From contig OZ024741.1 in NCBI GenBank assembly GCA_964016885.1, positions 92,938,001 through 93,002,000 on the forward strand: a stretch of 64,000 nt of DNA. Reading direction: 5' to 3'. The notes under the pieces are model-generated. The model saw only the letters and a list, made by a program, of their open reading frames with translations. It did not search any database and had not been told where the DNA came from. This DNA is from Eledone cirrhosa. Its lineage: Eukaryota. Shown one piece after another: positions 56,664 through 64,000 of this stretch. Position 1 is the stretch's first letter; each line of letters opens with the position of its first letter. A program made the translations under genes and the position numbers.

Positions 56664-59659
56664 GTAAGTATGTTCTTTTGTTCATGCTTGATATATTTAT
56701 TGAACTATTTACAGCTTTATTGAACCCCTTGCTCCCCAACTATGAGTATAGTTGTGACATTGAAATGTCAATGAAAGCCGAAGCATGCCATGAGTTGTTT
56801 GTTTACATTTCACATTGTAGTCGAATAACTACTATAGGCGTCGTATGAAGCGTACTCGTTTCTGATGTAAAATAGTCAGTGATTGGATGAATTAGGTAAC
56901 TATTTTTAGTTTTAACCTATCAGAGTGTTTTATAAATTTTAAGTATATGGTCACATTGCAATTAATTATTCTCTCTTTGAGAGAGAGATAGTGCAACACA
57001 TTTTAATAATGATCATTTGTTGATACAAATATAGCATCAGAAAGTGAAAACAAAACCTTTTTGAAAGGCTTTACTAAAACTGATTGAGTTGAATCACAAA
57101 AGAAATATGATTCTTCTATCGAAAATTATCAGACATTTATTTAATGTCAGAATCCGACTTTGATGATGATATATTGATGAATTCAAGTGAAAATGAAGAC
57201 AATAGTAAACCCATGTTGGAATGGAGAGGGTGATTTTTCTGAATTCAATGTTGATACATTCAGAGGAAATCCTGGACGAGTAAATATTTTGGATGCTGAG
57301 AAGAAAGAACTAAATTTCTTGCTTTCAAATATTGAATAAGGATTTGTTCGTAATGCTGGCGATGGAAACAAACAATATTCTTTAGAAAATTCAGTTTGGA
57401 TATTCACTGAAAATGTTGTGCTTTTATCTGAATAATTTATAAACTTAGAACAATTTTAGTATGGTCATGTTAAAAAAAACCTATTGATTCTCACTATTTG
57501 GCTTAGGGAGGTAGTGTCAAATATTAAGGGAAATAAGCATATATGCCCACAAGGGAAAAATGAGTTAATATATTACTTAGTAAAAGGATTGGCACCAGTT
57601 GCGGCATCCAGTCATTAAACAGTTCTGATTCTATGAAACAAAACCGTCTATTATAAAGGAGTCCTGTTTAAATTAAAATCTTCCATCTGTTGTTAGTCCT
57701 CCTTGTCAGAAGCAACAGTACCACCATTACCACTGTCATTATTACCATCAACACCACCACCACTGTCATCATCATCATCATTGTTTTTATCTGTTTTTCC
57801 ATGCTAACATGAATTGAATGAAACTTTGTGAAGCAATGTACTAGAGTTGGATACACTTCCTAACAGAGATTATATTTGTGTGACATAAACAAGTGTCATT
57901 GCCTGCACTTGCTATGTCAAATATGAAGCAATGGCACAGATAAATGTGTAAGCACACACACACATGCAACAGGTTTCCTTATAGTTTCCCATTCAGTTTC
58001 TCTCCAAATCTTTGGTTGGCTTGAGGTTATAGTAAGGAGGCTCTTGCTAGAGAATAGAACCTGAATCCATAAGGTTTTGAGGTGAACTTCTTAACCACCG
58101 AGCCAAAACTAAACAGCCAGTCTTTCTGTGGTAGAAATAAAACAGATATGAATGAGAGGTGTTAACATTTTTAATACCAAACCACCTGGTTCTACTGTCC
58201 AAAATTCTATATTTTAAAGTTTTTATACGGTTGTTGGTGATCTTCATATTAAACCTGACAAACAAAGGGTTGGGAGGATCCTTCAACTGTGTCAATGTCA
58301 TAATGACCTCCCTAGTGCTAATATGATAAAATTCACTCAGTAGAGTGTGTGACCATATGTGAGATGCAGACCTCCAGCCCATCTGTGAGGTCAATAGTCA
58401 TGCTTGAGTACTGATTTGGTCTGTGAAGACCTGTGCAACTCTTGTTATCAGGAAAAATGAATGTTGTTGATGATGGAGTGCTTATCATCATCATCATTTT
58501 AACGTCCACTTTCCCAGCTAGCAAGGATTGGAGGGGTCTATACAGACCAAGTCTGTACTGAAGCGGAGCCAGGGATCTCATGTTCCATCGAGTGCCTGCT
58601 AGGAATGCGCGTGTGTGTGTGTGGGGTGGGTGGGTGAAGTAGTGAGTTGAGAATAACTTAGAGAATGCTAGTGGGAGTGTAGGTCAGGTCATATTGTAAA
58701 CTGCAGGTTGCGTCTTCTTCAGCACTGCGTAGTGCCAGCCATCATGGTCTTTAGTTATTTCTGTTGTAAGGATTAGCTTTCTAAGGTTAGTCCTTACAAC
58801 CTCATCTTATGTCTTCCAGGGTCTGCTTCTGCAACAGGTCCTGGCCACTGGGATTTCTCTACATTTTTTTTTATCCACTTCCATCAAGAACCTTTGTGAA
58901 ATCAATTATAGACTATTATAAATAAGAGGTCTTAGATTTATTTAAAGTAGAAATAAATTGAGCTAAGGAAGTGGAGTTGTTTAGATTCTCTTTCTTAAAA
59001 GAATGTAAATGGAAATTATAATGAATTTTAAAGGAATTAGCAGTAGTGCTTATGTAGAAATCAGTTGAATTAGGGGCATAGACAGTGCATTTATAAACTA
59101 TTTTTTTTTAAGGTAATAGCTATTTAAAGGACATTTACAGTTATATTCAGAATTAGATATAATACTTTTGCCAGAAGAGAGGTTAGGTGTATTATGTAGT
59201 TACAGTTCTGATTACTATCTATTAGTATAGTATTACTAATCATATGATGGGTAGAATTTTTCAAGATAATGTTTTTAATGTTATTAGACTAGTTTAGTTT
59301 TGAGCTTTCACTGTGACTACTAAAGGCTAAAATAATCAGCCAGATTTGGTGATGTGGAGAATGATACTTTAATGGTGATGTTGATTATTAATTTACGGTA
59401 CCTATATTCCAGTGAAAAATTTCTATCTAAGATGTCGAAGAATGATTTAGGAATATTAGAGGCCATATTTATTTGGAATGTAGAATTAAACCACATCGTT
59501 TTGTGCTGATGATTTAGTTGGTTAGCAGCATAATGTAGAGTTTTAGAGATACTATTATAACTTGCATTTCAGCTACGTATATTAACTATATCTACACAGT
59601 GGGATTGACTTTTCAAAGTATATGAGGTATTATAAGATAGGTTAACATTATCAGAATCT

Positions 59660-60998
59660 CATCATCATCATCATCACCGTTTTACGTCCATTCCATGCTA
59701 GCATGGGTTAGACGGGTTGTCCTGTTGTGGGCAGTAGCTGGTCGGCTGACCATGTCTTGCTCATAAGGGAACTGATTTTGGCTTGATTTCTACAGCTGGA
59801 TGCCCTTCCTAACACCAACCTCATTTACAGTGAGTGCTGGGTGCTTTTTTACCGTGGCGCCTACACGTCCACTTTCCAGTGTGGGCTGGGTGCTTTTTTG
59901 CCGTGGCATCTCCACGACCACTTTGCAGTGGGAGGGGTGGGGGCATATTCTCTATATGCTTCAGCTTTGGCTTGTACTCGTGGGAGGGTCGTTGTCTTCT
60001 GTATTACTGTGTGATGCCAGAGCTTACGGTCATGTGTCATTGCCTTTGAGAGGTGCAATTGGGTAAGGTCGGCTTTTATCACCTCATCCCAGGTCTTCTT
60101 GGGTTTCCCCACTTCGCAGTTTCTATCGACTTCTAGTGCTCTGCACCTTTTTATGCAGCTGTCAACCTTCATACGCATCATATGTCCATACCAACGCAAC
60201 CTCCTCTCCTGCACACAGCATTTGATTCCTCTTATGCTCAGTCTCTCTCTCAATTCGTTTGTTTTGCCGTTGGTGTATATTACACATCCATCGGAGCATG
60301 CAGGCTTCGTTTCTTTCTAATCTACGCAAGTCTTCTACAGACAGCGCCCAGGTCTCACTACCATGTAGAATTGCTGTTCGTATTCACGCATCATACAGTC
60401 TGCATTTCATTTTGAGGGAAAAGCCTTTTGCAGCTAGCAGTGGCAGTAGCTCTCTGAACTTCTTCCATCCCGTTCTTACCCTAGTTATTGTACTTTCCGA
60501 ACACCCACCTCCGCTGTTAATTCGGTTACCTAGGTAGCAGAAGCTGTCTACTGTTGCTACAGAGCCCTATCAGAGTTTGGTGGTGCTTGTTTCCTGTGGC
60601 TGTTTGTAGCGTACTGTCCCAGCGCAGCTGCTACATGTGAAGCCTACATTCTTAGTTAAGCTTCCTGAGATCCCACTACATCTCTTGTGTACCCATTGTT
60701 TGCATTTGGGGCAGAGGATGGAGTTCCTACCTGCACCTTCCTTCTCCAGGTTGCCTTCTGTTTCCAAGTTCGTCTAGTTCTGACAGTGAGGTCGCTGACA
60801 ACTAAGTTATGTTGGAAGTACATTCCTCACTAGGGACCGCTTTTGTGTTTACGACGGTCCATCTGTCACGTCCTCTGCTGAGGATAAAATCTATCTGACT
60901 AGAATGCTCCCCTGATCTATAGGTGATCAGAATGTTGTCGGATTTTTTGAAGTTTGTGTTACATATCAACATGTCATTGGCGTCGCAGAATTCTAGAT
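59660..60998 (-). mobile_element. RTE LINE internal-deletion derivative (EN end joined to the Zn-finger/C-terminus, RT missing), in HUS1 intron 7
   Basis: The reverse complement aligns to 35658-35917 and then jumps to 37383 onward of the 35100 copy; (CAT)n at 59660. Confidence 0.9.
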
Positions 60999-61320
60999 GT
61001 TACAAAGGATTAAGGGTTATGAAACACAATTGTGTTTATTAATATTCCTAGGGTTAGCATTATGAGGACTAGCTGCTTTATTACTGTTAGAAAAATAGTA
61101 AGATTCAAGAAATTCCTTTGGTTCTTATACTCATTGTATCTATTCCTATTTATATTTTTACTAACAGAATAACTAGTAATCGCATTCATACATTTATAAG
61201 GTTTCCAATAAGTTTTGGTGGGGATATAAGAAATTTTCTCCCTATAACCAAATCTGGCTAAAGCCTCATTATAATACCATTATATATATATAATATATAT
61301 ATATATAATATATATATATA

Positions 61321-61644
61321 TCATCATCATCATTTTACGTTCGCTTTTCCCTGCTTGCAAGGGTGGGACGGGAACTGATTCTGGCTTGATTTCTACAGCT
61401 GGATGCCCTTCCTAACACCAACCTCATTTACAGTGAGAGCTGGGTGCTTTTTTGCCGTGGCACCTCCACGACCACTTTGCAGTGGAATGATAGGGACCCC
61501 AGTCCCTATCATCTCATTTCTACAGCTGAGTGAACTGGAGCAATGTGAAATAAAGTGTCTTGCTCAAGGAAACAACACATCACCCGGTCTGAGAATTGAA
61601 CTCACAACCTTTCGATTGCAAGGCCAATAAGCCATGTGCCTCCA
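61321..61644 (-). mobile_element. Second copy of the tRNA-head/RTE-tail SINE
   Basis: Reverse complement of 7845-8187; flanked by (TA)n. Confidence 0.85.
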
Positions 61645-61788
61645 TATAATATATATAATATATATATATATATATATAATATAATATATAATATATATAT
61701 ATATATAATATATAATATATAATATATATATAATATATAATATATATATATATATAATATATATATATATAATATATAATATATATAA

Positions 61789-61841
<53 letters not shown>

Positions 61842-62461
61842 TATATATAATATATATATAATATATCATAAATCATGTCTATAGAATCATCAGATATTAA
61901 AATATATACTATTTCTTCTAATTAGCATAATTAACCATATACAAAATCAAATCTAGCAAGCTTTAAGAATAAATTTTCTGACAAACAATTGATCGTAGCC
62001 TCTTCGCGGCAGCCCCGTTCCATTATTTATCCAACATTTCGGCAGCATGCAGAATCCGACCAAATATACCATCAACCACACATAATTAGTAGTAAAATTA
62101 AACTTAGAAGAAATGCGCACATACCGTAATTATATCTCTACCATGGTTTCTTCCTTATTTAGGACATCCAAATAATATGAATTATCCAGAGTTAGGATCA
62201 TCAGGAGATAAACTCAAAATCAGACATTTAGTTTTTCTAACCGAGCGCGCCAAATTTAGATTCAAAAATGGCTAAAATCGCTATGTAGCTGTGTACCAGC
62301 CAGAGAGAAAGCGTGTGATTGGTTGCTTACGGCGGGTAGGCTTGCTGCTAGAAAGCGCAGCCATATATCGCCAAATTTAATCTCAACCAAATGGGAGATT
62401 ATATATAATTTTCATTTTCATTTCATTTTACGTCCACTTTTCCCTGCTTGCAAGGGTGGGA

Positions 62462-62490
62462 CTATATAATATATATATATATATATAATA

Positions 62491-62528
<38 letters not shown>

Positions 62529-63206
62529 TATATATATATAATATATATATTATATATATATATATATATATAATATATAAATATATATAATATAATATAT
62601 ATAAATATATATAATATAATATATATATATATAATATATATATATATATAATATATATAATATATATATATATATAATATATATAATATATAATATAGAT
62701 ATATAATATATATAATATATATATATAATATATATATAGTATATATATATAATATATATATAATATATAATATATATATAATATATATATATATATAATA
62801 TATATATATATAAATATATATAGTATATAATATATATAGTATATAATATATATATATATATATATAATATATATAAATATATATAATATATATATATATA
62901 ATATATATATATATATATAATATATATATATATATATAATATATATAATATATATATATATAAATATATATAGTATATAATATATATATATATATATATA
63001 ATATATATATAGTATATAATATATATATATATATATATAATATATATAAATATATATAATATATATAATATATATATATAATATATATATATATAATATA
63101 TATAAATATATATAATATATATAATATATATATATATATAATATATATAATATATATATATATAATATATATATATATAATATATATATATATATATAAT
63201 ATATAA
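62462..63206. repeat. Long interrupted (TA)n/(TAA) microsatellite
   Basis: Direct inspection; similar tracts at 1-130, 15077-15140, 15520-15820, 16839-16933, 18061-18264 and 61645-61865. Confidence 0.95.
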
Positions 63207-63207
63207 T

Positions 63208-64000
63208 CATCATCATCATCATCATCACCGTTTTACGTCCGTTCTTCCACGCTAGCATGGGTTAGACGGGTTGTCCTGTTGTGGGCAGTAGCTGGTCGGC
63301 TGACCATGCCTTGCTCATACAGGAACTGATCTGGCTTGATTTCTACAGCTGGATGCCCTTCCTAACACCAACCTCATTTACAGTGAGTGCTGGGTGCTTT
63401 TTCGTGGCGCCTATACGTCCACTTTACAGTGTGGGCTGGGTGCTTTTTTGCTGTGGCACCTTGCGGTGGGGGGGGGGGGGGGCATATTGTTTATATGCTT
63501 CAGCATGTACCCATGGGAGGTCGGGTACCCTGTATTACTGCGTGACGCCAGAAGTCCCGGTCGTGTGTCATTGACTTTGAGAGGTGTAGTTGGGTAAGGT
63601 CGGCTTTTATCACCTCATCCCAAGTCATCTTGGGTCTCCCCACTCCGCGGTTTCCATCAACTTCTAGTGCTCTGCACCTTTTTATGCAGCTGTCATCCTT
63701 CATACGCATCACATGTCCATACCAGCGTAACCGCCTCTCCTGCACGCAGCATCTGATTCCTCTTATGCTCAGTCTCTCTCTCAATTCCTTTATGCTTTGT
63801 CGTTCACGTATATTACTGTTACACATCCATCGGAGCATGCAGGCTTCGTTTCTCTCTAATCTACGTAAGTCTTCCACCTTCAACGCCCAGGTCTCACTAC
63901 CATGCAACATCGCTGTTCGGATACACGCATCATACAGTCTGCCTTTCATTCTGAGGGAGAAGCCTTTTGCAGCTAGCAGTGGTAGTAGTTCCCTAAACTT
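63208..64000 (-). mobile_element. RTE LINE 3' end (continues beyond window)
   Basis: ORF 63500-63949 MKGRLYDAC...RRLRWYGHV; 3'UTR; (CAT)n. Confidence 0.93.

Noticed and set aside
57000-57530. Acidic peptide (SESDFDDDILMNSSENEDNS) suggesting a piggyBac transposase N-terminus
   Set aside because: Too decayed and no catalytic motifs, so it cannot be supported
58860-62400. Possible old L1/Tx1-like element in pieces (YAPN-like motif on the minus strand near 59080)
   Set aside because: A single weak motif; no consistent frame recognised
62497-63258. 253-aa I/Y-rich ORF and similar ORFs (9-221, 4012-4272, 14929-15165, 18023-18485, 61564-61876)
   Set aside because: Translations of (TA)n/(CA)n microsatellites
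56664-64000. HUS1 terminal exon (expected IV....HF...HEDVSLQYFIP-like peptide)
   Set aside because: No matching peptide with an acceptor found by eye; probably beyond the window

Overview
AT-rich, microsatellite-dense eukaryotic DNA. The repeat landscape (RTE LINEs with (GAT)n tails, tRNA-head SINEs, long (TA)n tracts) suggests an octopus/cephalopod genome; this is inference. There is one host gene: HUS1 (9-1-1 checkpoint clamp), + strand, coding exons 1-7 at 43737-56663, with the last exon not found in the window. An intact tRNA-Arg(CCG) sits head-to-head about 580 bp upstream of it. The rest is transposon-derived: many RTE LINE copies (one uninterrupted ~1029-codon EN-RT ORF in HUS1 intron 2, with a PHD-like Cys/His insert), Penelope-like elements, a Chapaev3-like DNA transposon split by a LINE, a nested Helitron cluster, CRE-like RLE retroelement relics, mariner/piggyBac-like MITEs and SINEs. 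The most unusual signal is a set of short Penelope-related fold-back elements, mostly embedded in (TA)n, that carry type I hammerhead-ribozyme motifs of several distinct sequence families. One element has a motif on both strands and one motif has a non-canonical core. All calls were made by eye, without searches.
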